A stretch of 64,000 bases of DNA from Prolixibacteraceae bacterium. Lineage in GTDB: Bacteria; Bacteroidota; Bacteroidia; Bacteroidales; Prolixibacteraceae. A model generated the notes under the pieces. The model did not search any database. It was not told the origin of the DNA and saw only the letters and a program-made list of their open reading frames with translations. The position numbers and the translations under genes are program-made. How positions within the stretch are numbered: the first letter of the stretch is position 1; each line of letters begins with the position of its first letter. The stretch is taken from assembly GCA_963677405.1 (NCBI GenBank), contig OY781961.1:2253123-2317122 (forward strand), written 5' to 3'. This document shows positions 7,903-18,700 of this stretch, one piece after another.

Positions 7903-10900
7903 TCCACGTAAATTGGCTTTTTCATCCAGGAGAGCTTGATCAGTGAAATATTCCAGGGAAGCGATTCCACCAATACATCAACTCCATGTTTATCAACCAC
8001 AAGCGTTATTTTATCAGCGTCAAATCTCAAAATACCTTCTCTTTGCACGAAAGTTTCCCGTATCCCTTCCGGAGTTGAGTTTTTAACTTTCTCCCAATTA
8101 TTAATGAGCCCGTTTTGCAGACTTACCGCGCTCGCCATTTCATCTTCGGTTAATTCTATAATTGGCGAAAGTATTTCCTGAATATCCATTCCAACGAGTA
8201 ATTTATTCAACACCAATTGGTTCTCCGGAAAATCGATACGATTAGAGGCCAGGTATTGAAGCAGGTAAACTGCCCGGGTTCGACTTTCATCGTCGACGAA
8301 ACTGCCACTTTCAACAAATGAAAGAATCTCGAAAAGCCTTGTCAGAAAAGGCCAATACAAGATTAGTCCGGCATTGTAAACTTGAACTTCCGTTCCTGAT
8401 CTATCCGATAATAGATCGTTATTGGTATCCATGATTTCGGTTTTTGCAGTAGAATTATCAGTTTTAATGTTGATCAGTTGTTTAAGCGCTTCTGGGAATA
8501 CAACACTTTTGCCCGATTTGGACATTTGGGTAAGCTGATAAACCTGGCCGAGCATTTTTTTCCAATTGGTTTGTGAAGCATTTGTTTTTAAGTGATTTAA
8601 AAAGTCGGAATGAAATCTGTTTTCAGAAGTTTCTGACGAAGCCGAATCAGATTCAATTATAAATTGCAAAACCATTTTTCGCCATTGGGCCGGATTGATA
8701 TGCCTGAAATAGAAAAACGGTGAAAGGCTTAAATAGGCTTTTACCTGTTTGGCCACGACATCATTTTTCAAATTCAGAATAGTTAAAATCTCATCATCAC
8801 TCAATGCGTATAGCTTTTTGAATACGTCTGGTTTTATGTTTTTTGAATCTGAAAGGTCTTTGTTCTGATTGTTTTCCTTCGAACGAACAGTTTGCCAAGC
8901 ATCTTTTAAATGAGGATGTTTTGACATTATTTGATCGAATCTAATGCTTGTGTATTCCGGAATATTTGGAATTAATTTTTCAAACAGTTGATCTTCTTTC
9001 GCCGACTGAAGAAATATTTCTTCAAATTCGCGGGGATGCAGATCACCAGTTCTATTTAAACCTTCAACGAGTTCGGTAAACGACAATTGGTTGGCCCACC
9101 AGGGCAGGAATCCATTCGTCGCATAAAACTTAAGCAGCGAAAAATAATGAGCTAGTTTTTCGCCTGACAAATCAACTTCTGCTTGATCTATTTTAGTTGA
9201 GTTGATATTTTCTGAATGGGATACACTTTTATCTGGCAGTTGCAATAAAATATATAATTCATTGATATTCTTCAAGTCTGAAGTTTTCATTTGGTCGAGC
9301 AGTTGGTAATACATTTCTTCCTCGTTTACTGCTTTGAGCTTTTTTAGCAAATGCATTGCAAACGCTTTTGCAAATTCGCCCGGGGTGAATTCTTTTTCCT
9401 CAATTGAATTCAGTGCGGCAAAACTTAACGTTACAGATTTCCAAAATTCAGGATTTACTTTATCTGTTAAATAACCAGGCGAAAAGGCCAGAAGCTGAGT
9501 GATGTATGTTCCGCTTTTTTCAGCACTTGAAACGATCTTGCTGAGTGTTCCGGAATCTATTGGATTGGCGATCAATCCGCGGAACAAAACGTCGACATTC
9601 CTTATTTGCATCAAAGAAGAATCCTGATGTTGGAAATCAACGATTTTATTTTTGAAGTCGGATTCGGATAATAAAGCTTTTTCAACAGAGATCCATTGAC
9701 TAGGTTCTGTATAAATCTTGAGTAAAGTGTATATCAATCGCAGATGATCTATGTTTTTACGAATCACTTCCACAAACGCGGTTGGGTCGATCGCGAAATG
9801 AAGAATGATCTTTTTGACCAGTTGTTGCGAATCATATTCAGGTAAGGATTCTGTGTTTCCTGATAAGCTGAAACGATTAATAAGCTGCTTTAGATCGCGT
9901 TCGATCAAGTTCTTCATTTGGTTATCTACAGCATTTACATCTGTTTCTTTCCTGATTTTTGAGTTCCAAATCTGAATGAAGTGAGCCGGGTCAATTGCAA
10001 ATTGATCGGCAAGGTTTTCAATAACTGACACAACAAAAGCATTGGATGAAAGTCCTCCGTTGCTTTCGGCCAATGTCCGGATCAACAAACTGTTTTTTGA
10101 ACTGATTTTGTTAATCTCTGGTGAAAGTTGTAGTCTTTCTTCGGTTATTATTTCAGTAAGAATTCTATATTCTTCCGGGAAAAAGTGAATGAGATATTCC
10201 CAAAGATTGCCTTCCATTTCCTTGGTTGTCAGGAGAAATAATCGATTGATTAGCTTTTGAGAGTCAGTGTTTCGATGTATGATTCTTTTCAGAAAATCAT
10301 CTTTTTGTTGAATGAATTCTTCGAAAATTGTTTGTACATCATTCCTGCACAAATCAAAAAATGCCGTGGATATCTCACCGGTTTCCAGAAAATTACTGAT
10401 GATTTTCCTTTTCGATATTTCGAAAAACTCAGCAGTAAGCTTGTCGTGAAGTTGATTTTCAGTTTGTTGAATCTTCTGATTATTCTGGCCTTTTGCAAGT
10501 AATTTGGACAGAGTTGAAATCTCTGGATCGTTTCGTTCTTCAGCCAACAAAGCACGTAGCTTTTGACTGTTGATGGATTTCTGAGTTTGTGCAAAATCGA
10601 CTAATTCCTCTGTTTTGATCTGGCTATCAGGAAAGGCATACATCAGGAATACAAGATATTCTTCTTTATTGAATTGGCGTATGGCGCTTTCGCTCAGATA
10701 ATTTGCCGTTAATAACACATGTTCAGCAATTATTGTCTTTGGGCTTTTTTGATTGCTGTTTCGGTGTTCAAATTTTTCAGAAAAAGAGGTGATCAATTTG
10801 AATAAGTCTCGTGCATTCGGGTCAAAAAGCTGAATCATCTGAATTAATCCTTTTTCGCTTAGTCTTTCAATTAAAGCATTTCGAGTTGCTTGGTCTCGCA

Positions 10901-11864
10901 TCGACCGAATAATTTCATCTTTGAGTTGATAGCGGTTGGCGTCTCCAGAATTTATGCTTCCAGAATTTAGCAGTTCCAGAATCTGTTCAATGCCAAAACT
11001 TCGATCCTGATCTTTCTTAAGCGCAGCAAGTGTTTCGTTTATTATGCCTGAATTTGCGTCTTTTTGATTTTCAATTGAACGGATAAGTGCCTGTATTTCA
11101 TAAGCTGAACCAATAGAAAGTTCATCAAAAATACATTTCGCAAATTTATCCCTGTAAAAAATTGGACTTGTTTCGTTAAGTAAATATTTAAAAATAGAAT
11201 AGTTAATTGTTTGAGTCAGGTTTCCACGATTAAATGCATTTAATTTGGCATCAGCGCAGGCCTGAGCCAACGCTTTTCGATAGGTTATAATCCAATTGTA
11301 ATTATCTGGCGCGACAACTTCCAGAAGTTTATTACAGGTAATCAAGCTTAAACTATTAGCCATTCTTCGTAAAAAACGTTCCTGATTTTTGTGCTTTTTC
11401 AAGAGGTCAATCAGACCTTTTTTGTTGTTTTGCAGCGCGGCTTCGATTAGGTCGTCGATTGTGGTTGACTGATCTAACCCAATAGGGAAATAGCCATTTT
11501 TAAAAAATATTTCGATCAATTCCAGAAGATATTCGCCATTCATTTGTACTTCACCAATGGTGTTGCCAGAACCTGATTTTATTTTGAATTTGCCATGCAG
11601 AGCTTCTTCAAGTGATAACCGGATTCGGCTGGCCAGGTTTGCAGTTATATCCTTTTCATGGATATTGCCAATGTTTATTTCCAGTTTCGATAACTCAACC
11701 AACATTCCGTCCGGAATTTTTTGAGAAATGGCTTTTTCAAGTTCAGGCAAAATCTGAGTGTTAAAGATTGATTCAATCACATCATTACACCTCGACGCGG
11801 AAGCTTTACTTCCGTATTCGAAATTAAAAATTGAGGTGTGAATTATGTTTTGACCGCTTTTCAC
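7893..11864 (-). CDS. Contractile injection system tape-measure protein (Afp14-like)
   Basis: Conserved C-terminus NAGLILYWPFLTRLF...AVYLLQYL...LVLNKLLVG...TPEGIRETFVQREG...DVLVESLPWNISLIKLSWM; mostly helical 1323 aa; located after the baseplate genes. Confidence 0.88.
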   Translation of the reverse strand: MKSGQNIIHTSIFNFEYGSKASASRCNDVIESIFNTQILPELEKAISQKIPDGMLVELSKLEINIGNIHEKDITANLASRIRLSLEEALHGKFKIKSGSGNTIGEVQMNGEYLLELIEIFFKNGYFPIGLDQSTTIDDLIEAALQNNKKGLIDLLKKHKNQERFLRRMANSLSLITCNKLLEVVAPDNYNWIITYRKALAQACADAKLNAFNRGNLTQTINYSIFKYLLNETSPIFYRDKFAKCIFDELSIGSAYEIQALIRSIENQKDANSGIINETLAALKKDQDRSFGIEQILELLNSGSINSGDANRYQLKDEIIRSMRDQATRNALIERLSEKGLIQMIQLFDPNARDLFKLITSFSEKFEHRNSNQKSPKTIIAEHVLLTANYLSESAIRQFNKEEYLVFLMYAFPDSQIKTEELVDFAQTQKSINSQKLRALLAEERNDPEISTLSKLLAKGQNNQKIQQTENQLHDKLTAEFFEISKRKIISNFLETGEISTAFFDLCRNDVQTIFEEFIQQKDDFLKRIIHRNTDSQKLINRLFLLTTKEMEGNLWEYLIHFFPEEYRILTEIITEERLQLSPEINKISSKNSLLIRTLAESNGGLSSNAFVVSVIENLADQFAIDPAHFIQIWNSKIRKETDVNAVDNQMKNLIERDLKQLINRFSLSGNTESLPEYDSQQLVKKIILHFAIDPTAFVEVIRKNIDHLRLIYTLLKIYTEPSQWISVEKALLSESDFKNKIVDFQHQDSSLMQIRNVDVLFRGLIANPIDSGTLSKIVSSAEKSGTYITQLLAFSPGYLTDKVNPEFWKSVTLSFAALNSIEEKEFTPGEFAKAFAMHLLKKLKAVNEEEMYYQLLDQMKTSDLKNINELYILLQLPDKSVSHSENINSTKIDQAEVDLSGEKLAHYFSLLKFYATNGFLPWWANQLSFTELVEGLNRTGDLHPREFEEIFLQSAKEDQLFEKLIPNIPEYTSIRFDQIMSKHPHLKDAWQTVRSKENNQNKDLSDSKNIKPDVFKKLYALSDDEILTILNLKNDVVAKQVKAYLSLSPFFYFRHINPAQWRKMVLQFIIESDSASSETSENRFHSDFLNHLKTNASQTNWKKMLGQVYQLTQMSKSGKSVVFPEALKQLINIKTDNSTAKTEIMDTNNDLLSDRSGTEVQVYNAGLILYWPFLTRLFEILSFVESGSFVDDESRTRAVYLLQYLASNRIDFPENQLVLNKLLVGMDIQEILSPIIELTEDEMASAVSLQNGLINNWEKVKNSTPEGIRETFVQREGILRFDADKITLVVDKHGVDVLVESLPWNISLIKLSWMKKPIYVEWI

Positions 11865-14791
11865 TTTTTCATTTTTTTTAGATCAGTAATCAATTTATAG
11901 ACTTCCAAAGCAGCTGCTTTTAAATCTGCCGAAAGAGCCTCCGAATTATTCAATTTTGATTTTTGCTCTTGCCATGCTTTATATTTTTTTTCAAATCGAT
12001 TTAATCCATGAGCATCGACCCAATGGATTTCGTTGCCAATATGCGCCGGAAGCCTTTCATGAATCAGATCAATCAGATAATCCTGAAATCGTTCGTCCTG
12101 AAATCTGGCGGGCCAATCAGGTAAGATAACGGATATTTTCAGGTCGAAAAAATCTTCATTTATAATGTATCCATTCGAAAGTTTTCGCTGAAAAACCAGC
12201 CGACGTTGACCAAAGTGCTTGTCTTTGAGAATGGCATGACTTCCCATTAAACGTATTTTTTCAACTTCCTTAAGGATTAGCTGGCCATCGCGAGCAATCG
12301 ACCAGTCGAAAAACCGGCTAATGCGCTTTGCCTGAAGCAGGTGATCTTTTGGATCATGCAATTCGGGATTCTGATTCCGGCTTTCAGGATCGCTGGAGGC
12401 AAGAATGCGCCCATCCTTTGATTTTATTTCCCATTTATCGGAAGTAGGAGAGTAGTCGGTTTGAACTTGAACCTGCGCGAAAAAATCTATCAGGCTTTTA
12501 GTCCTTTCCACTTCCGATTTGCTCCACGATTCGTCTTCGAGGGTAAGAAAAACAGGTGTTTCAAATTCGTCCATGAAACAGAAGCCATACTCACTTTCGT
12601 GCAAAAGATCGAGTAACAAAATATGGTCGACGAGATAAAATCCCTCTGATTGAAGGTTCTGTTTGATAAAGTAGTTTACAATTTCAAAAATATTTTGAAT
12701 TGCAATTGCTTCGGTATCGCATTCAAATAAACAGACCCATAAATCGGGTTCTTTTTGAAAAATAACCTGAGTCTTTTCCGAAGAAGAATGAGCATGGGAT
12801 ATCCTGTAATTCTTGTAATCAATGGTCTCTTTGAACAACGCTTTTACTCCAATTTGCCCAAACGATGCCTCCGGAAGTTCTGACTTATCCGTTTGACGAT
12901 CATTTTCATTGATCTCATCCGCAGTAAGCTCTCTGAATTTCTCGGCGAATCTTTGCCTGCTTCTTTGTTTTTTCTCTTCAAAATCTCGATGTTGCGATTT
13001 TGAAATCAGGAATTTTGGAATTAGCGATTGATCGCTTTGTTCTGCGATACCTGTTTTTGCAGTTATTAATTGCTCGATTCCTGATGCGTTCCTTACAAAC
13101 TTTGTTTTATCATGAGATTGCTCTATTTGATTAAAGGATTCACCTTTTACTCGGCAGTAACTAAGTTCAGGTAGATTTTGTAAAAATTTTGATTTTTGAA
13201 GCAACAATTCTCTGTTGAATTCATCCTCGTCTTTTATCAGGTTTAAACGTAAGGCCACTTTCCATGGGGTATCATTTAAATCTTCGCCAAATCGGGCCAA
13301 TAAATGGTTGAATATTCGATTTTTCCTGTCGAAGAATGTTCTTTCCTGCTCCAGATAGGTATTCATATTTGGCGAATCTATCCTTATGAGATTCTCAATT
13401 TCCGGAACTGAATTCAACGATTGAGAAAAATAAGTTTTCCGTTCTCCATGCTCGAAATCGACATTGAAAAGCTCATTTAAATTTCCGAGCTGAGCCAGAT
13501 GATTGGCCAGATGTTGCTCAAAAAGCATCAGGTAAGCTTTAAGCTGAAGCGCTTTGACTCTTCTGTCTTCCGGCTCATGTCTTGATAATCCCTCTTTCCC
13601 AATTCCGTAGATTAATGGGAAATGATGTTGAATGGAGTAATAATCAGTTGGATTTCGGTAAATGCCAGTCAATGCTTTGTCAAAATCTTCGTCTTTCGAA
13701 CCTGACATTGGATATTTTCGATATTTTTTCGACCAGATTTCAAAAAAGAGTGTGTTTACCTTTTGTTTGTTGAATGAAGGAAGAATTTTATTATTCACAA
13801 ACATCTTCAGATTCGAATAAATAGTTTCCAACCGGTCGTCTGGCATCTTGGCCTCCTCATCATTCAGTAAATTGAAAAAATGACCAGCTTCAACCTTTAT
13901 TGATTTGGTATAAATTCGGCGGCCGCTTTTGATTTGTTCAACTTTGCAGTTGGTGACGCCGTTCACTTTGGAGATAAATCGTTGCAGTTCCTCAACATCA
14001 ATCTCTTTTACCCGATCCTTTAGATTGCTGCTTTTTATAAATCCGTTTTTCAAACGTGGTCCCGAAAAAATTTCGGTAATGCTGTATCCTGCTTCAACCA
14101 TCTCGTTAAAACTATTATACAACACCGGTGAATAAATAAACTCAAATAGCTTCAGAAAAATATTTGCAATCGTCTTCTCCACATCAACCTGATCAGTAAG
14201 ATATATGCCCAAATGGATATGAATTGGTTGTGGATTTAACAGGCATATCTTTTCGTAATTCTCTCCAATATTCCGGTTTTGTTTTAGAAAATCTGCAACA
14301 TTGCTTTCATAAGCCTTCCTCGATTCGGCATCTTTTGTAAGTGATTTATGAAAATTCAGCTTAGGCAAAATTTCTATCGAATACAGGCCATTTACCTGTT
14401 CTTCAAAACCAATGCTTTGTTTTCTTGAAATCCAAACATTCTGGATTTCTTCGAACTGATCGAGAATCAGCTTTCGCGTGTCCTTTATGGAGATAGGATG
14501 TGAACTTAAAATGGCCGAGGGTGCAAAAAACGCATTTTTCAATGCATCAATAGCTTTTCCTTCTTCCTTAGTTAGCAGGTCTTTAATAGGCAACGATGTG
14601 CGGTAACCAAGATCTGTCAGTGCGTAGCACAATTGATCCAGTATGGTTACACCCGGATCATGAAGGTTGTAATCGGTCCAAACATCACCACTGAATTTTT
14701 GGATGTACTCCAATCCTTTTTCACGCAGATCGGTAAAATTTAAACTAATATTTTCAATTTTCTCACCGGAAATACTGACAGATTCTTTCAT
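11861..14791 (-). CDS. eCIS baseplate wedge protein (Afp12-like)
   Basis: N-terminal LREKGLEYIQKFSGDVWTDYNLHDPGVTILDQLCYALTDLGYR; C-terminal FFDLKISVILPDWPARFQDERFQ..IHERLPAHI. Confidence 0.88.
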   Translation of the reverse strand: MKESVSISGEKIENISLNFTDLREKGLEYIQKFSGDVWTDYNLHDPGVTILDQLCYALTDLGYRTSLPIKDLLTKEEGKAIDALKNAFFAPSAILSSHPISIKDTRKLILDQFEEIQNVWISRKQSIGFEEQVNGLYSIEILPKLNFHKSLTKDAESRKAYESNVADFLKQNRNIGENYEKICLLNPQPIHIHLGIYLTDQVDVEKTIANIFLKLFEFIYSPVLYNSFNEMVEAGYSITEIFSGPRLKNGFIKSSNLKDRVKEIDVEELQRFISKVNGVTNCKVEQIKSGRRIYTKSIKVEAGHFFNLLNDEEAKMPDDRLETIYSNLKMFVNNKILPSFNKQKVNTLFFEIWSKKYRKYPMSGSKDEDFDKALTGIYRNPTDYYSIQHHFPLIYGIGKEGLSRHEPEDRRVKALQLKAYLMLFEQHLANHLAQLGNLNELFNVDFEHGERKTYFSQSLNSVPEIENLIRIDSPNMNTYLEQERTFFDRKNRIFNHLLARFGEDLNDTPWKVALRLNLIKDEDEFNRELLLQKSKFLQNLPELSYCRVKGESFNQIEQSHDKTKFVRNASGIEQLITAKTGIAEQSDQSLIPKFLISKSQHRDFEEKKQRSRQRFAEKFRELTADEINENDRQTDKSELPEASFGQIGVKALFKETIDYKNYRISHAHSSSEKTQVIFQKEPDLWVCLFECDTEAIAIQNIFEIVNYFIKQNLQSEGFYLVDHILLLDLLHESEYGFCFMDEFETPVFLTLEDESWSKSEVERTKSLIDFFAQVQVQTDYSPTSDKWEIKSKDGRILASSDPESRNQNPELHDPKDHLLQAKRISRFFDWSIARDGQLILKEVEKIRLMGSHAILKDKHFGQRRLVFQRKLSNGYIINEDFFDLKISVILPDWPARFQDERFQDYLIDLIHERLPAHIGNEIHWVDAHGLNRFEKKYKAWQEQKSKLNNSEALSADLKAAALEVYKLITDLKKMKK

Positions 14792-14815
14792 CTTTAATCC
14801 TTTATCGGGTCGATT

Positions 14816-15715
14816 TTAATTGAAACTTTTATCCCATAAAACCGAAATCTTATAGCTTATCATTTGTTGTTTGCCATTCTTTTTATTATCCTTTCTACCA
14901 TAATCGCTTTTAGTTCTAAGCTGTAAATTGTAGCGCAAAGTATCTTTGGCTTCCCAAATGCTTTTGAATTGTCTCCACCATTTTGCAAAGGCAAATATTT
15001 TTCTTTCTTCTTCTTTTTTTGGCTTTTCAATTCTTGATGGTTTTGATTCCCACCGAATATCGATTTTGTTCCACCAAAGGCCATGATGAGCGCATGTCTT
15101 CGTGATTTTAGGTTTTGAATTTCCATAGGTACATACTGCAATGGCATGCATGAGTGAATATTTTCCTTCGTTTTTTAATCCTTCAGCGTAGGCCATTATT
15201 TCATAGGCATTACAGCCACTTAATGCTTCCGGCTCAAAAACATTATGCCATTCGCCATCTGCAGGCAAAAATCCCTCCAGGTAGCTTCCCGTACGGCCTG
15301 TTGACTTGATTATTCCCTTGACATCAAGTTTTTGCGTAGGATTATTTGTGCCTATCCCAACAGTCCCATCTTTTCTGAGGAAGAGTGCTGATTGGGGTGC
15401 ACTATTTTTTGTTTTATTGTCATTCTGATCCGAAGCACTTAGCTGACTGAAATAGATTCCGCCGTCGGTTTTTTTCGAAATGTACATGACCCATTTTGCA
15501 GACGAATCATCTTTGTCCTCAAAAAAACTTAAAAGTCTTTCCTCATCATCCGACGGATAAATCATTAGCCCGTCTTCATTGATGTCGAGTTTGTCATCAG
15601 CTTTGTTAAACGTGGAATCTATGAGCTTTTCAAAAGCACTTTCATCCGGCAGACTACCTTTCTTAAAGAAGGTTTTAAGTTGTTTTCTATCTGTAATGTT
15701 TCTTTGATTTTTCAT
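14816..15715 (-). CDS. Short tail-fibre/adhesin-like protein (Afp13/Pvc13-like N-terminus)
   Basis: N-terminal LKTFFKKGSLPDESAFEKLIDS resembles the fibre anchor motif I recall from Pvc13/Afp13. One VGIGTNNPTQKLDVKG unit typical of Bacteroidota fibres. Located between the two baseplate genes. Confidence 0.6.
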   Translation of the reverse strand: MKNQRNITDRKQLKTFFKKGSLPDESAFEKLIDSTFNKADDKLDINEDGLMIYPSDDEERLLSFFEDKDDSSAKWVMYISKKTDGGIYFSQLSASDQNDNKTKNSAPQSALFLRKDGTVGIGTNNPTQKLDVKGIIKSTGRTGSYLEGFLPADGEWHNVFEPEALSGCNAYEIMAYAEGLKNEGKYSLMHAIAVCTYGNSKPKITKTCAHHGLWWNKIDIRWESKPSRIEKPKKEEERKIFAFAKWWRQFKSIWEAKDTLRYNLQLRTKSDYGRKDNKKNGKQQMISYKISVLWDKSFN

Positions 15716-15724
15716 TACGTTGTA

Positions 15725-18700
15725 TTAAATGTAATTTCCTTCACTGTCACTAATCACAAAATCTGATTCCAAGGTTAGGTCACCCACTCCGGATGGATTA
15801 GGTTTTGACGACTTGTCTTCGGATACGATTTCAATCTGATGCTCTGGTGCTGACGTTAAAATGGCATATGCCGAAATGGTTCTGAGATCTTCTATAGGGG
15901 TAATTCTAGCAGTGTCTATTATTTTATAGTTTTTCTGCACATCAACCAGTTGTAAAACAGAAAATTCGGTCACAAAATCTACATAGGACCGGCTTTCGAT
16001 AAAATTCAGGATTTCAGTTTTCGAAATGGCTTCATCAAAACCTTTTTCAACATCAATGTTTTCAATATCCGGAGATAAATAGCTGATTAATTCGCTGTTG
16101 AGCACATTGCGAAGGTATCCACCCCTTTGGAGGTCGTTAAATTTAACCTTGCATCTTACCTTTAATTCCTCATAAACCGGATTTGAAACTTCAACTTTAA
16201 CGAACGGCGAAACAAATTGTGAAACGTATTCTTTCACTTCAAGAAGTGTATTGAAATCAACATTCAAACTGCGTTTTCTGGTACCATTCACAAGGCTATT
16301 TTTTGGAATCAGAACGATCTGTACACTACTGCCTTTTACCAGTTCATTTGGTCGGTTACTTTTACCATATACCCTTATTTTTTCAATCTGTTTAAACCGG
16401 TCGAGAACAAGCCTTTCAATATCCCAATTGGTGGATCCCTGATTTTTGTGCCTCAACTGGTCGCTTATCCCATTATAAAAGGAGTCTGTGTTTTCATTCG
16501 CTGCGTTTATTTCCAGCGCAAATGGTCCGCTGATTTGATCGATACCTTTTTTGTCTTCAAAATAGATCTTCTTTATTTTAATCTCCACGGAACGATCAGG
16601 AATATCATTGGAAACTGTATCGGTCGAAATTAATTCAACGGCTTGCGTGAAAACATTTTTTATTTTCGAATTCAGATCTTGTATTCCGTCGAAAGTGGCT
16701 CTTATCCAGAATTTTCCCAAAGGCAAGCGTGTGTTGTCATACTGAATGGTTTTAGGCATTCTGATTTTAACCAGTCCCGAGCGAATTAATCCGTTAGTTG
16801 TGTCTTCGAGAAGCAAATCGCCAATCGGTTCCCATTCATTATTCACCATATACTGCCATTCAATGGTTGGAGCATTGATTACTGTATGGATATAGACCGC
16901 GGGTACCAATTCGAATCCAATACTAACAATGTCGGTTGATCTCACCTGAGTTAATCCGATATACAGGTTCCCTTTTTGATCGAGTTGGGGGAAAAGAAAA
17001 CTTTGTGATTTTTTTGGTCCGGGGAAAACCTGAACGTGTCCGAAAGGATAAATGTGAATCAGCTTAACGTCACTGTCTTCGATATCCTGTTTTCTTAACA
17101 TGACTTCCCTGGCAGCTGTGGTATAATTTACCTTGAGGTGTTCGATGACGGGAGTGTATGGCTGTTTCGGCAAGGCAATATCTCTTTTCCTGAATTTACT
17201 GCTTTTTATGGCAGCATCGGCATAAATTTCGGTAAACAGCTGGTGCCCAAATGCCATTTCCGGACTGGTCAGAACAATAAACAATGAACCTGAATTTTCG
17301 TCAACGATGGTGTTTTGTGTGATTTTATTGCTAAAGCTAATATCCTGAGGATTGATAATAATCTCTTTTTCGTTCGACAGGTATTCCTTGTTGGTATCGA
17401 ACAGATCGATTTCCTTGTGTGCTTGAGTTCCGGTGGTGTTAATATTGTTTCGGACTGATGTCAATACCGCTTTAAATGCAGGATTGTCAATCTCACCAGG
17501 GTATTCGCGATAGTATTCGGCAAACCCATATTGAAGTTGTGGCAAGCCTATCCAGCAAATGTGTAACTCAAGTTTAGTCAGGTTTCTTTGCAGAATCAAT
17601 GGATTTTGAATTCGCAAATAGCTTCCTACAATGGGTGTGGGGCCAAACGGAGTAAATGGAATGGTATTGTCGAGATTTCCGATTGAGTTCGAAAAAATCA
17701 GGTTTGTTACATCCGAAACGGTTGCCTCGATTTTGATGTTTTCAAGCTCGATGGTTTTCAGGAACTTATAGGCATGATATTGAGCCTCGTTGTTAAAAAG
17801 TATTTTGACACAAGGCCATTCCGACTCGAATCCTCCTTCATGAATCTTTGGATCGAACGAAATCATTTTGTCATTTTGTTCGTTTAACTCAAAATCGAAG
17901 GTTAGTGTTGAGTCGGTGTGATTGATTTTGGTTTTGCAAAAACCAATTGCTGTCCATCCATTTTTGTCGGTAATAAAGATTTGAAAGGCTTCGGAAAAAA
18001 AGTTCGAGACAATTCTATGTTTCAGACTTTCTTTGTTTGCCAGTAAATGCGCTCTTTTCTCTGGAGTTGGAGCTTCTTTAATTTCCTGTTTTACCAGTCC
18101 GTCAAATACTTTTTCAGCTGTTTTGTACGAATTAGAACTGATCTTGAAAATTATACTGATTTTCTGATTCCCATTTTCAAGAATCAATGTAGGTGTGGTT
18201 ACCACAATTCCTACATTACAAAACGTTAAGTTCCGATCGGACGACATGAGATGGGTCCGTTCTTCGCCCAGTGTTGCCGGAAATTCGGATAATTCTTTCT
18301 TCTCAATATTTTCCCAATTCTGTTTCTCCTTTAAAATATCTTCTTCGTAAAGGATGTTAATCGAAAAATCGTCATCTTCAAACCTGTTGTTGAACGGCAA
18401 ATAATCACTTCGGTAGATCGTTCGGAGTTCAGAAATTTCAGCCCTGTTAATGACAGTTGTCGACGTGGATTCAAAAACATATTGCCGTTTGTCTTCAAAA
18501 ATAAAATTTACTTTATCGCCTTCATTAATTAATAATTCATCGGTTCCCGGTTGCAACTGAATTGCAATAAGCGCAGTATGCGGCTCCTGCTTTTTTCTCG
18601 TTTTCTGAAGCAAGTCGAGATAATAAAAATCGAGGTGTTTTTGAGTCAGTAAATTGATGTCGTGCTGAACGTTTTTGTACAGATTTAAAAAAGCAAAGAA

